The notes beneath the pieces are model-generated. The model was not told where the DNA came from. It did no database searches and saw nothing but the letters and a program-made list of their open reading frames with translations. This document shows, piece after piece, positions 38,947 through 50,267 of a DNA stretch of 64,000 nucleotides. Both the position numbers and the translations under genes were made by a program. The stretch is from Dehalococcoidia bacterium UBA6926 (GTDB lineage Bacteria; Chloroflexota; Dehalococcoidia; UBA6926), in contig DKAM01000030.1 of the NCBI GenBank assembly GCA_002450835.1, positions 153,331-217,330 on the forward strand, read 5' to 3'. The stretch's first letter is position 1; every line of letters starts with the position of its first letter.

Positions 38947-40107
38947 ATGCCAGATCCGATAATAGAACCACAGGATGCAATATCTGCAGAGGTTAGGAGA
39001 TGGGTAGATCAAGAAGTTATTCCCGTGGTAGAGGAACTAGAACACAAGAACATCTTTCCCGAACAGTTGGTAGAGGGAATGAAACAATTAGGTTTATTTG
39101 AACTAATGATCCCGCAAGACCAAGGCGGCATTGGGGCGAGTTATGTCACTTACTCAGGTGTGGTGGAAGAACTAGCAAGAGGATGGATGAGCTTAGGCGG
39201 TATTCTAAATACACATGTGATTGTTACACACTTAGTCGCCGAATTTGGAACAGACCAACAGAAAAATAAATACTTACCCCAAATGAGCAACGCCTCAAGA
39301 CGAGGTGCACTTACTATAACTGAACCTAACGCCGGATCTGACGTTCAAGCTATAGAAACTGTAGCTTCCCTTGAAGACAAGCATTACGTCGTAAACGGAT
39401 CGAAATTGTTTGTGAGTAATGGGCGACGCGGAGGAATCTTTGCTATGGCCGTTAAGACAGACCCAAATACAAAACCTCGGTATAAAGGTATCTCCTGTTT
39501 ACTCGTAGAGCCTGAGTTTGAAGGCTTCAATGTGACGAGAGATATAGAAAAATTAGGTTACAAAGGGATAGAGGCGGCCGAATTATCTATAGACAATATG
39601 AGAGTCCCACAAGAAAATCTTCTTGGCGGGGAAGAAGGTCAAGGGTTTTTTCAAGTGTTGAGCGGAGTAGAAGTAGGGCGAGTTAATACCGCCGCACGTG
39701 CAGTAGGAGTGGCGAGGGCGGCATTCGAGGCTTCTATAAAATACGCGCAACAGCGAAAAGCGTTTGGCAAACAGATCGGAGATCACCAAGCAATTCAGTT
39801 AAAACTAGCTGATATGTATACCAATATCACAGCAGCTCGTCTTTTAGCCCGGTGGGCGGCAGGAATAAAAGATCAAGGGGGTCGCGCAGATACAGAAGTT
39901 GGTATGGCAAAATTATTTGCAACAGAAGTTGCTACAGAAGCGACCCTAGAAACCATGCGTATACATGGTGGAATAGGCTATACAAAAGAATTACCTGTTG
40001 AACGATACTTTCGGGATGCTCCAGGAATGATGATATATGAAGGAACTAATGAAATACAAAGGACTATAATAGCCAAGAATCTATTACAAAGGTATGCTCT
40101 TGATTAG
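38947..40107 (+). CDS. Acyl-CoA dehydrogenase
   Basis: 386 aa, ACAD family, with the catalytic region 'YEGTNEIQ'. Confidence 0.85.
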   Translation: MPDPIIEPQDAISAEVRRWVDQEVIPVVEELEHKNIFPEQLVEGMKQLGLFELMIPQDQGGIGASYVTYSGVVEELARGWMSLGGILNTHVIVTHLVAEFGTDQQKNKYLPQMSNASRRGALTITEPNAGSDVQAIETVASLEDKHYVVNGSKLFVSNGRRGGIFAMAVKTDPNTKPRYKGISCLLVEPEFEGFNVTRDIEKLGYKGIEAAELSIDNMRVPQENLLGGEEGQGFFQVLSGVEVGRVNTAARAVGVARAAFEASIKYAQQRKAFGKQIGDHQAIQLKLADMYTNITAARLLARWAAGIKDQGGRADTEVGMAKLFATEVATEATLETMRIHGGIGYTKELPVERYFRDAPGMMIYEGTNEIQRTIIAKNLLQRYALD

Positions 40108-40131
40108 CTAAGATTACGAAAGGATATATCA

Positions 40132-40587
40132 ATGGAATTTGGCCGTTACTTCGAGCAGTTTAAAGAAGGTGATATATACAAACATTGGCCAGGTAGGACC
40201 ATCACCGAGTCAGACGATGTGCTATTTTGTATGTTAACTATGAACCACCACCCTCTACACATAGATAGGAACTATGCAGAGGGCACTCAGTTCAAACAAA
40301 ACGTAGTTGTGGGCAATCTTGTAATGGATATCGCGTTTGGGATGAGCGTTGAAGATGTTTCAGGGAAAGCTATAGCAAACCTAAGTATTGATGAAGTGAA
40401 ATTTCATAAACCTACTTTCCACGGCGACACTATATATGCTGAAACAGAAGTGCTCTCCGTAACAGAAACTAGTAAACCAGACCGAGGTGTAGTGACAGTC
40501 GAAACAAGAGCCACAAATCAAAGAGATGAAATGGTAATGTCTTTTAAAAGGAGCGTTTTGGTTCCTAGAGAAAACCAAGCGCCTTAA
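40132..40587 (+). CDS. MaoC-like (R)-specific enoyl-CoA hydratase/dehydratase (single hot-dog)
   Basis: 151 aa with hot-dog motif 'HHPLHIDRNYAEGTQF'. Confidence 0.8.
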   Translation: MEFGRYFEQFKEGDIYKHWPGRTITESDDVLFCMLTMNHHPLHIDRNYAEGTQFKQNVVVGNLVMDIAFGMSVEDVSGKAIANLSIDEVKFHKPTFHGDTIYAETEVLSVTETSKPDRGVVTVETRATNQRDEMVMSFKRSVLVPRENQAP

Positions 40588-40596
40588 GGACACATT

Positions 40597-42270
40597 ATGA
40601 ACAATAAATATGCAAATAAGGAACAAAAAATCTTAGAGGAGCTAGAAGGCTGGCGTGAACGGAATTCCGAAAGGAAAGAGCGTCAAGATCAATTTAACAC
40701 AAGTTCCATTGATGAAATACCGAGTATAAGCGCGCCTATTGACACAAATGAAGAGTCTTATTTGGATAATATTGGATTCCCTGGAGAGTACCCATTCACT
40801 AGGGGTGTGCAGCCCACTATGTACAGGGGCCGACTATGGTCCATGAGACAATATGCAGGTTTTGGAACTCCTGAAGAAACAAACACTAAATTTCGCTACC
40901 TTTTAAGTCAAGGCCAAACAGGTTTATCTGTCGCATTTGATTTACCTACTCAATTAGGTTACAACTCAGACGATCCAGAATCGGTCGGTGAAGTTGGGAA
41001 AGTCGGAGTTGCGATAGATTCCTTGAGGGACATGGAAGTAGCCTTTGAGGGAATCCCTTTGGATAAAGTCAGCACTTCGATGACAATCAATGCTCCCGCT
41101 GCGGTTCTAGTAGCTATGTACGTTGCCGTTGCGGAAAAACAAGGAGTATCTCCAGATCAATTGACAGGCACCGCTCAAAATGACGTTTTGAAAGAGTATG
41201 TTGCTAGAGGGACATATATATTCCCTCCGGAACCATCTTTACGGCTTGCTGCTGATCTTGTAGCTTACTGTGCCGAAAAAATGCCTCGATTCAATAGTAT
41301 CTCTATAAGCGGCTACCACCTAAGAGATGCAGGAAGTACTGCGGCTCAAGAAATAGCTTTTACTTTTGCTAACGCTATTGCATACGGCGAAGCATTTACC
41401 AAACGAGGGGTCCAACCGGATATATGGGGACAAAGAGTTTCGTGGATATTTAATACGCATAATAATTTCCTAGAAGAGATCGCAAAATATAGAGCATTGC
41501 GAAGGATGTGGGCTCGAATAATGAAAGAACAGTTTGGCGCAGAAAATCCCCGAGCTTTGATGCTACGGACCCATTCTCAAACTGGTGGCTCGACTCTGAC
41601 CGCGCAACAACCTCTTAACAACATTGTGAGAGCAGCATATCAAGCCTTAGCTGCGGTGTTAGGAGGCGTTCAAAGCCTAGCTTTATCGACTTTTGACGAA
41701 GCCTTGTCGTTACCAACAGATGAAGCACAGAGGATAGCATTAAGAACGCAGCAAATCATCGCTCATGAAACTGGAATTGCCGATGCGATAGATCCACTAG
41801 CGGGATCATATCATGTAGAATGGCTTACGGATAAATTAGAAGAAAATGCCTTGGCTTACATGGCAGAAATAGATCAATTAGGGGGAGCGGTTGCTGCAAT
41901 AGAAGCCGGAGTCATCCAAAGGGAGATAGCGAAGGCTTCTTATGAATCCCAATTAGCCGTCGAAGAGAAGAAAGAGTTGGTTGTTGGTGTTAATTCATTC
42001 AAAGATGGCAATGAGGATCCATCACCCGCCATATTTCGCGTGAATCGTAATTCCGTAGATCAACAGAAGATTTCACTAGAAAAAATTAGGAAAGAGCGTG
42101 ACAATAGTAAAGTAGAAAAAGTTTTGGCAGAATTAAAATCTAAGGCGTCTGGATCAGATGATTTGATGTCACCTATATTAGATGCAGTTAGATCGTATGC
42201 AACTGTCGGAGAGATATGTGATGCCTTGCGTACTGAGTTTGGCTCTTACTCACCGCCAGTGGAAATTTAA
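40597..42270 (+). CDS. Methylmalonyl-CoA mutase family, large catalytic subunit without B12-binding domain (Mcm/Ecm-like)
   Basis: TIM-barrel mutase domain ending 'TVGEICDALRTEFGSY'. This aligns from memory to the P. shermanii MCM linker 'TVGEITDALKKVFGEH'. No DxHxxG cobalamin-binding domain in this gene or the next. Confidence 0.8.
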   Translation: MNNKYANKEQKILEELEGWRERNSERKERQDQFNTSSIDEIPSISAPIDTNEESYLDNIGFPGEYPFTRGVQPTMYRGRLWSMRQYAGFGTPEETNTKFRYLLSQGQTGLSVAFDLPTQLGYNSDDPESVGEVGKVGVAIDSLRDMEVAFEGIPLDKVSTSMTINAPAAVLVAMYVAVAEKQGVSPDQLTGTAQNDVLKEYVARGTYIFPPEPSLRLAADLVAYCAEKMPRFNSISISGYHLRDAGSTAAQEIAFTFANAIAYGEAFTKRGVQPDIWGQRVSWIFNTHNNFLEEIAKYRALRRMWARIMKEQFGAENPRALMLRTHSQTGGSTLTAQQPLNNIVRAAYQALAAVLGGVQSLALSTFDEALSLPTDEAQRIALRTQQIIAHETGIADAIDPLAGSYHVEWLTDKLEENALAYMAEIDQLGGAVAAIEAGVIQREIAKASYESQLAVEEKKELVVGVNSFKDGNEDPSPAIFRVNRNSVDQQKISLEKIRKERDNSKVEKVLAELKSKASGSDDLMSPILDAVRSYATVGEICDALRTEFGSYSPPVEI

Positions 42271-42313
42271 TGATGGGAAAAATATAAGAAAATAAAATAA
42301 TGAGGGGGGAAAA

Positions 42314-43063
42314 ATGGCAGGTTTATTAGATGGGAAAATAGCATTGGTCACGGGAGGATCAAGAGGCATAGGAAGAGCTACTAGCATTGAACTCGCTGCA
42401 CATGGCGCAACAGTAGCCGTAAATTATAATTCAAATAAGGAAGCGGCAGATGAGGTGGTATCAACAATTGAAAAGGCTGGGGGCAAAGCAGCCGCGTACC
42501 AGGCAGATATCTCCAACAGAGACCAAGTAAATTCAATGGTGGATCAAGTGGTAGCGGATCATGGACCTATAACTATATTAATAAATAATGCAGGTGCAAC
42601 TGCAGACCGGACGCTCCGAAACATGAGCGACGAACAATGGGATTCAGTTATTGAAGTCAACTTAACTGGAACTTTTAACGTTACGAAAAAAATATGGAAC
42701 CTTATGGGAGAAGCTGGCGGAGGACACATCGTAAATATTAGCTCGATTGTGGGAGAAGCTGGCCGCCTCGGACTAATAAACTACGCGACCGCCAAAGCTG
42801 GTCTTTTGGGGTTCACAAAAACAGCAGCAAGAGAGGGCGCGCGAACAAATATCCATGTTAATGCAATAGCACCAGGATTTATTGAAACAGATATGATTTC
42901 TGGTCTTTCGCCTGAAATGAAAGAAGGCCTTGCAAAAGAAGCAGTTTTAGGAAGACTCGGTGAGACTGAAGAGATCGCAAAAGTGATACGGTTTATAGTT
43001 TCAGAGTCGACGTACATGACAGGAGCAACTATAGACGTTAACGGTGGGATGTATATCCGCTAA
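42314..43063 (+). CDS. FabG/PhaB-like short-chain dehydrogenase (3-oxoacyl-ACP reductase or acetoacetyl-CoA reductase)
   Basis: 'TGGSRGIGR', 'NNAG' and the 'NYATAKAG' catalytic Y-x3-K. Confidence 0.8.
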   Translation: MAGLLDGKIALVTGGSRGIGRATSIELAAHGATVAVNYNSNKEAADEVVSTIEKAGGKAAAYQADISNRDQVNSMVDQVVADHGPITILINNAGATADRTLRNMSDEQWDSVIEVNLTGTFNVTKKIWNLMGEAGGGHIVNISSIVGEAGRLGLINYATAKAGLLGFTKTAAREGARTNIHVNAIAPGFIETDMISGLSPEMKEGLAKEAVLGRLGETEEIAKVIRFIVSESTYMTGATIDVNGGMYIR

Positions 43064-43119
43064 TTAGTCTAAATGAACGTAAATAGTGAATTATAGAATT
43101 TTTTTATAAGGAGAAAAAA

Positions 43120-44304
43120 ATGGGTGACGCAGTAATAGTAAGTGCAGTTCGAACCGCTGTGGGAACAATGGGTGGTGGTCTATCAACCGTTGCCGCACCA
43201 AATCTTGGTGCAGTAACAATCAAGGAAGCTATAGCAAGATCTGGAATTCAAGATAACGTATTCCCTGATGAAGTATTAATGGGAAATGTTATACAAGCAG
43301 GAATCGGACAAAACCCGGCAAGGCAAGCTTCTATTCAATCTGGGCTACCGGTATCAGTACCGGCTACCACAATAAATAAAGTTTGTGGATCTGGTATAAA
43401 AACAATTGTGATGGCCGCACAAGCTATTAAAGCCGGTGATGCCGATTACATGATCGCAGGCGGTATGGAAAGTATGAGCCTTGGACCATACATTTTACAA
43501 AACGGAAGGTATGGTTACAGACTTGGTAACTCCGAGTTGATTGACTCAACAGTCCACGATGGCTTGTGGTGTGCTATGGAAGATTGCCATATGGGTATTA
43601 CTGCTGAGAACGTATCAGCGGAATATGGAGTTTCAAGGGAAGATCAAGATGAATTTGCGAATGAATCCCAGCGAAGAGCTGGTGCTGCTATAGAAGCAGG
43701 ACGTTTTAAAGACGAAATTGTCGGTGTAGAAGTGCCACAAAGAAGGGGAGATCCAAATGTCGTTGATACCGACGAGCATCCTAGGCCTACAACCACAATG
43801 GAAACATTAGGGAAGCTCAGGCCGGCATTCCAACCAGATGGCAGCGTAACCGCAGGTAACGCATCAGGAATAAATGATGGTAGCGCAGCTACCGTCGTTG
43901 TATCTGAAGAGTTTGCTAAAGAACACGGACTAAAACCGTTAGCTTATATTCGAGGATATGCTTCAGCAGGCGTTGAACCACGAATTATGGGAATAGGACC
44001 AATAGCTGCAATGCAAAAGGCGGCAAGTAACAGCGGGATGAGTATATCAGATATGGATCTCATTGAGCTGAACGAAGCATTTGCGGCTCAATCTGTAGCT
44101 GTTGTAAGAGAGCTAGAATTGGACCAAGATATTGTAAATGTAAATGGTGGAGCAATAGCCATAGGTCACCCAATAGGTGCCTCTGGAACAAGAATATTTG
44201 TGACACTGCTTCACGCAATGCAAAAGAGGGATTCGCAATTTGGAATGGCTTCTTTGTGCATTGGTGGGGGGCAAGGAATAGCAATAATCGTTGAAGCTGC
44301 CTAA
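43120..44304 (+). CDS. Acetyl-CoA C-acetyltransferase (thiolase II)
   Basis: 'NKVCGSG' with the active-site Cys, and the C-terminal 'CIGGGQG'. Confidence 0.9.
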   Translation: MGDAVIVSAVRTAVGTMGGGLSTVAAPNLGAVTIKEAIARSGIQDNVFPDEVLMGNVIQAGIGQNPARQASIQSGLPVSVPATTINKVCGSGIKTIVMAAQAIKAGDADYMIAGGMESMSLGPYILQNGRYGYRLGNSELIDSTVHDGLWCAMEDCHMGITAENVSAEYGVSREDQDEFANESQRRAGAAIEAGRFKDEIVGVEVPQRRGDPNVVDTDEHPRPTTTMETLGKLRPAFQPDGSVTAGNASGINDGSAATVVVSEEFAKEHGLKPLAYIRGYASAGVEPRIMGIGPIAAMQKAASNSGMSISDMDLIELNEAFAAQSVAVVRELELDQDIVNVNGGAIAIGHPIGASGTRIFVTLLHAMQKRDSQFGMASLCIGGGQGIAIIVEAA

Positions 44305-44346
44305 TCCGAATAATTCGTAAGAATACACAAAAACATTATTAAGGTA

Positions 44347-44376
44347 TTGCATACCGATATCAAATAATACTAAAAT
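44347..44376 (+). promoter_or_regulatory. Putative sigma-70 promoter of groESL (TTGCAT-N18-TAAAAT)
   Basis: Read directly from the sequence, immediately 5' of the CIRCE element. Confidence 0.4.
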
Positions 44377-44384
44377 GTCTGTAC

Positions 44385-44411
44385 TTAGCACTCTAGGTGC
44401 TAGAGTGCTAA
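44385..44411 (+). promoter_or_regulatory. CIRCE operator (HrcA binding site) TTAGCACTC-N9-GAGTGCTAA
   Basis: Perfect match to the CIRCE consensus, 19 bp upstream of the groES start. Confidence 0.85.
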
Positions 44412-44429
44412 ATTGTTTAGGAGGAATAT

Positions 44430-44726
44430 ATGTCGATTTCGTTTGAGCCACTAGGTGACCGAGTAATAGTCAGGCCGAAAGGTCAAGAGGAAGTTTCAAA
44501 GGGAGGACTTGTGCTACCAGATAGCGCAAAAGAGCGTCCCCAGGAAGGGGAAGTTATAGCCGCTGGTCCAGGAAGGGTAACAGATGATGGAACACGGCTG
44601 CCCATGGATCTTAAAGTTGGGGACATTATCATCTATGCACAGTACTCCGGTACTGAGATAAAAGATGAAGATGATGAAGATCTATTGGTTTTGCGTGAGT
44701 CAGACGTGTTAGCAAAAATAGGTTAG
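44430..44726 (+). CDS. groES: Co-chaperonin GroES
   Basis: 98 aa with 'PLGDRVIV' and 'GEVIAAGPG'. Confidence 0.9.
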   Translation: MSISFEPLGDRVIVRPKGQEEVSKGGLVLPDSAKERPQEGEVIAAGPGRVTDDGTRLPMDLKVGDIIIYAQYSGTEIKDEDDEDLLVLRESDVLAKIG

Positions 44727-44817
44727 TAATATAGTTGTGAATTAGTCGATCGTGATCTGGAAATCCAACGATTGACTTCACTTAAAGAAATAGAAAACAT
44801 AATTAAGAAATACTTAA

Positions 44818-46455
<1,638 letters not shown>

Positions 46456-46477
46456 TCGTTTAAAATTTGGTTACTTA

Positions 46478-46508
46478 AGAGAGTGTCCTTATAATAGGGC
46501 ACTCTCTT
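46478..46508. terminator. Bidirectional terminator hairpin between groEL and tsaD
   Basis: 11-bp stem AGAGAGTGTCC/GGGCACTCTCT (one G·U in the plus-strand RNA) with loop TTATAATA. Confidence 0.5.
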
Positions 46509-46528
46509 GTTATCAAAATGGTTAAGTC

Positions 46529-47581
46529 CTATTCGGCCCCAATATCGTAAGGCATTCTTAAGTTAGGAACGGCATCCATATCCATTCCATGCCTTACACC
46601 TACATCCCAAAGAAACCGAGCTCTTGCGCCAATCATAGCCGCATTGTCTGTACACAATGAAGGTTTTGGGCACCATAGGGGCAAGTCTGAAAGCTCTAAT
46701 ACTTTAGAGCGCAAGGCTTGATTAGCAGCAACTCCACCTGACAAAATAACTGATTTGGCGCCAAATACGCGTGCTGCTTCCACAAGTCTCTCAGCTAACG
46801 TATCAACTGATACCTGCTGGAAACCAGCTGCTATATTTATCTTTAACATATCATCTAAAGGTGCTTGTTTTTCTGCTTTTTGAACAAATCTAAGAACAGC
46901 CGTCTTAATTCCACTAAAACTAAAATCCCAAGACTTCTTAATAGCAGGTTTTGGGAATACAACTGGTTTATCAGCTTGGGTCGCTAATCGCTCTATTTCA
47001 GGCCCACCAGGATACCTAAGGCCAAGAATTCGTGCTACTTTATCAAATGCCTCTCCAGCTGCATCATCACGGGTCTGCCCTATAATCTTGTATCGATCAT
47101 GGGTTTCAATAAAAACTAGATCAGTGTGCCCTCCAGAAACTACCAATGCCACTGCTGGAAGCACGGGGTCTCCTCTGATTTCTCCGTCCCATTGACCATC
47201 CCTGATCCAATTTGCATAAATATGTCCCTCTAAATGATGTACACCTATAACCGGTAAATCCCAAGCTAATGATAGTGCTTTCGCAAAATTCACTCCAACT
47301 AACAAAGATCCCGCAAGTCCAGGGCCATATGTAACGGAAATAGCATCAATGTTATTATGTGGCGCGCTATTTTCAATATAATCTTTCAATAATTTTGGAA
47401 AGGTCAGCAGATGTTGCCTCGAAGCTATCTCAGGAACTATACCACCAAATCGAGCATGTATATCAGCTTGGGAAGCTAATGAGTTAAATATTATCTCGCG
47501 TCCATCCTCTATAACAGCTAAGCCGCTTTCATCGCAAGAAGATTCAATAGATAAAATTTTCAACCTATCCTTCTCCATCAT
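46529..47581 (-). CDS. tsaD: tRNA N6-adenosine threonylcarbamoyltransferase
   Basis: Kae1/YgjD family. 'ILSIESSCDESGLAV' and 'HHLEGH' metal-binding. Confidence 0.9.
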   Translation of the reverse strand: MMEKDRLKILSIESSCDESGLAVIEDGREIIFNSLASQADIHARFGGIVPEIASRQHLLTFPKLLKDYIENSAPHNNIDAISVTYGPGLAGSLLVGVNFAKALSLAWDLPVIGVHHLEGHIYANWIRDGQWDGEIRGDPVLPAVALVVSGGHTDLVFIETHDRYKIIGQTRDDAAGEAFDKVARILGLRYPGGPEIERLATQADKPVVFPKPAIKKSWDFSFSGIKTAVLRFVQKAEKQAPLDDMLKINIAAGFQQVSVDTLAERLVEAARVFGAKSVILSGGVAANQALRSKVLELSDLPLWCPKPSLCTDNAAMIGARARFLWDVGVRHGMDMDAVPNLRMPYDIGAE

Positions 47582-48215
47582 CTTGCTTAGAAACCATTAA
47601 AAGAGCAAACTCTGATTCATCATTTATTAGTCTGTATAGATTGCGTGATGCTATTTCTGAGCCCCTATCAAACAAAGCGCTCAGTTCCTCTGAATTAATT
47701 AGCGATTTTAAACCTTGCCATGAGATAAGAAGTGAATTATCTTCAGTAAAATCTTGATATGCGACGTGAACAACAAAATCGCCAGGTCGCCCTAGAGCTA
47801 CTCCTGTCCCTAATGTATCCCGAGAGGCATGAGGTATATCATAAATCTTGCCTTCCTCATATAGATTAATAAAACTAGGCCCAGCAGTTGCTAGATAGAA
47901 CGAGTCACCTTGAAAAGCAATCAATGTCAAGCTGGCTGCCCATTCCCGAGCTGCATATGCCGATAAATTTTTATGGCTCGTTTCTACCATTTCTTGCAAA
48001 TATCCAGTAACACTCAGTACTGGTTGGCGTTTGATAGACGACTCAACGCCCTCCCACACAACCTCTGAAATATCTTGGGCAGGCCCAGAAAGTACTTCGA
48101 CAACACCGTAAAGTTTTCCGATCCCCCCTTTGTTAACATCCCAAAATCTTATGAAAGGTGTCAAGGGATCCGCTTCACCGGCATGTACACTAAAACTTAT
48201 TACTGAGTTATCCAT
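47565..48215 (-). CDS. Hypothetical protein
   Basis: ORF overlapping the tsaD 5' end by 17 bp. Start placed at the internal Met 'MDNSVISF'; the longer 48365 start would overlap the divergent CorC gene. No confident domain. Confidence 0.35.
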   Translation of the reverse strand: MDNSVISFSVHAGEADPLTPFIRFWDVNKGGIGKLYGVVEVLSGPAQDISEVVWEGVESSIKRQPVLSVTGYLQEMVETSHKNLSAYAAREWAASLTLIAFQGDSFYLATAGPSFINLYEEGKIYDIPHASRDTLGTGVALGRPGDFVVHVAYQDFTEDNSLLISWQGLKSLINSEELSALFDRGSEIASRNLYRLINDESEFALLMVSKQDDGEG

Positions 48216-48350
48216 AACACCTCCATTATACGCTAAACAACACCAAAGTTTGGACACCCAGCATGACTGCATTAGAATATGCTTAAGGAGAGCGATTATA
48301 TTATTATTAACTAGGGTATAATCAAGTGGAAAGTTCATTGGGATAATTCT

Positions 48351-49610
48351 ATGCAAGAAATTCAACCTATAAATATAGTTCTGTTAACGGTATTCATACT
48401 ATTTTCAGCTTTTTTTTCTGGGACAGAAGCGGCCTTTTTAAGTTCACAACGGCACCGCCTACGCCAGCTATCAACCAACGGGTCTAAAGGCGCCGCACTA
48501 GCTGAAAAACTACTAGATCAGCCTGAGAGATTCCTCTCCACTGTTTTAGTAGGCAATAATCTATTCAATACCGCTGCTGCTGCTCTCACAACAGCTCTTG
48601 CTGCATCCATTATTGGAACTAGTAATGGAGTAATATTTGGAACAATTGTCACTACAATAATTCTTCTGATAGTTGGTGAAATTACGCCAAAAACTCTAGG
48701 GTCCAGGCATTCAGAAAAGATTCTTACTATAGTGGCTCGACCATTTCAATTCATCTTAATAATTCTAACACCCATATCACTAGCGTTTACGTGGTTTTCA
48801 GAATTACTTTCAAAGATCAGCGGCGGAAAAAAACAAACTGTTTCTGGCACAGAAGAACTAACTTCACTTGTGAACGTTGGCGTGGAGGAAGGGACTGTCG
48901 AACAACAAGAAGCAGAGTTAGTGCGGAAAGCATTTTTATTTGGCGACAGAATGGTTAGAGAAATAATGACGCCAAGAAATGAAATAGTATGGGTAAAAGC
49001 GGGAACCAATTTCAAAGATTTTCTAGAAATTTATGCCAGCAACTCTTACTCTCACTTCCCAATTCAAGGACAAAATGATGATGAGATAATTGGAGTTTTG
49101 AGAATTAAAGATGTTATGAGAAATCAATCTGAGGGTAAATTAGATATAACAAGTTCAGTTACAGAAGCAAATCGCGTAGCATATTTCGTTCCAGAAACAA
49201 AAAAAATAGACGAGCTTCTCGAAGAGCTGCGAACAAGAAGACATAGACTAGCACTGGTCATAGATGAATTTGGAGATGTATCAGGGTTGGTTACACTAAG
49301 TAGAGTAGTAGAGGAATTAGTAGGAAGAGTAGATGAACCAGGGGAACCAAGCCCTTACTTAGCTGTAGATGAAAGAACGGTAGTAGTAGATGGATCTTTG
49401 CATATAGGGGAACTGGTAGAAAGGTTAAATATAGCTTTACCGGAGGGCGATGGCCAATACGAAACGGTAGCAGGGTTTATGCTAACCGAATTTGAACACA
49501 TACCTACCGAAGGTGAACTAATAATACACGATCAGTACAGATTGACCGTTAAAACTATGAATGGACCGCGAATAGATGAAGTGTTAATACAAAGTGAGTA
49601 CTCCGTCTAG
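48351..49610 (+). CDS. HlyC/CorC (CNNM) family transporter: DUF21, CBS pair and CorC_HlyC domains
   Basis: N-terminal DUF21 'FFSGTEAAFLS', central CBS pair and C-terminal transporter-associated domain. Confidence 0.8.
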   Translation: MQEIQPINIVLLTVFILFSAFFSGTEAAFLSSQRHRLRQLSTNGSKGAALAEKLLDQPERFLSTVLVGNNLFNTAAAALTTALAASIIGTSNGVIFGTIVTTIILLIVGEITPKTLGSRHSEKILTIVARPFQFILIILTPISLAFTWFSELLSKISGGKKQTVSGTEELTSLVNVGVEEGTVEQQEAELVRKAFLFGDRMVREIMTPRNEIVWVKAGTNFKDFLEIYASNSYSHFPIQGQNDDEIIGVLRIKDVMRNQSEGKLDITSSVTEANRVAYFVPETKKIDELLEELRTRRHRLALVIDEFGDVSGLVTLSRVVEELVGRVDEPGEPSPYLAVDERTVVVDGSLHIGELVERLNIALPEGDGQYETVAGFMLTEFEHIPTEGELIIHDQYRLTVKTMNGPRIDEVLIQSEYSV

Positions 49611-49618
49611 CCTATAGT

Positions 49619-50263
49619 TTGGAGCCTATATTGAAAATATACCTAGTTCGACATGGGGAAACTGACTGGAACCTATCAGGGAAAGCGCAAGGACAATCAG
49701 ACATCCCACTAAACTCAACAGGAGAAAGCCAAGCTCTCTCAATTAGTGAATATTTCTCTGATATCAATATAGAATCTATATATTCAAGTAGTGTTCAGCG
49801 TGCTCTAAAAACCGCCTCGATTATTGCCTTAAATCACGACCACGACCCCATCATAAATGACAAATTTCTAGAAATAGATTTCGGAGCGCTAGATGGAACT
49901 CCCTTAAACGAAATGAGATCGAGATTTCCAGAATTTTTCGATAAATGGAGTTCAGACCCCACAACTGCAATCTTTCCTGAAAGCAAAGAAACTTTGCAGC
50001 TACTTCAATCCAGAACTTGGGAAGGTGTGGGCGAGCTAGTCAAAAGGCATAAAGAAACCGATAATATATTAATCGTTTCACACGCTTTTGCTATTTATTC
50101 GATCCTTTGTCGGGCACTAGATATGCCACTAAGGAATTATGGTCGCCTCAGGTTAATGCCAGGAACAATTAGCATGCTAGAAGCCAAAAAGAACCCAGGC
50201 AAAGGCTTTATAGATACAAAATGGACACTGACAAAATTGAATTCAGCTCCCTCGAAGGAATAA
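49619..50263 (+). CDS. Histidine phosphatase family protein (phosphoglycerate-mutase-like)
   Basis: 'IYLVRHGETDWN' is the RHG catalytic motif. The likely true start is TTG 49631, after GGAG. Confidence 0.7.
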   Translation: MEPILKIYLVRHGETDWNLSGKAQGQSDIPLNSTGESQALSISEYFSDINIESIYSSSVQRALKTASIIALNHDHDPIINDKFLEIDFGALDGTPLNEMRSRFPEFFDKWSSDPTTAIFPESKETLQLLQSRTWEGVGELVKRHKETDNILIVSHAFAIYSILCRALDMPLRNYGRLRLMPGTISMLEAKKNPGKGFIDTKWTLTKLNSAPSKE

Positions 50264-50267
50264 TTCG

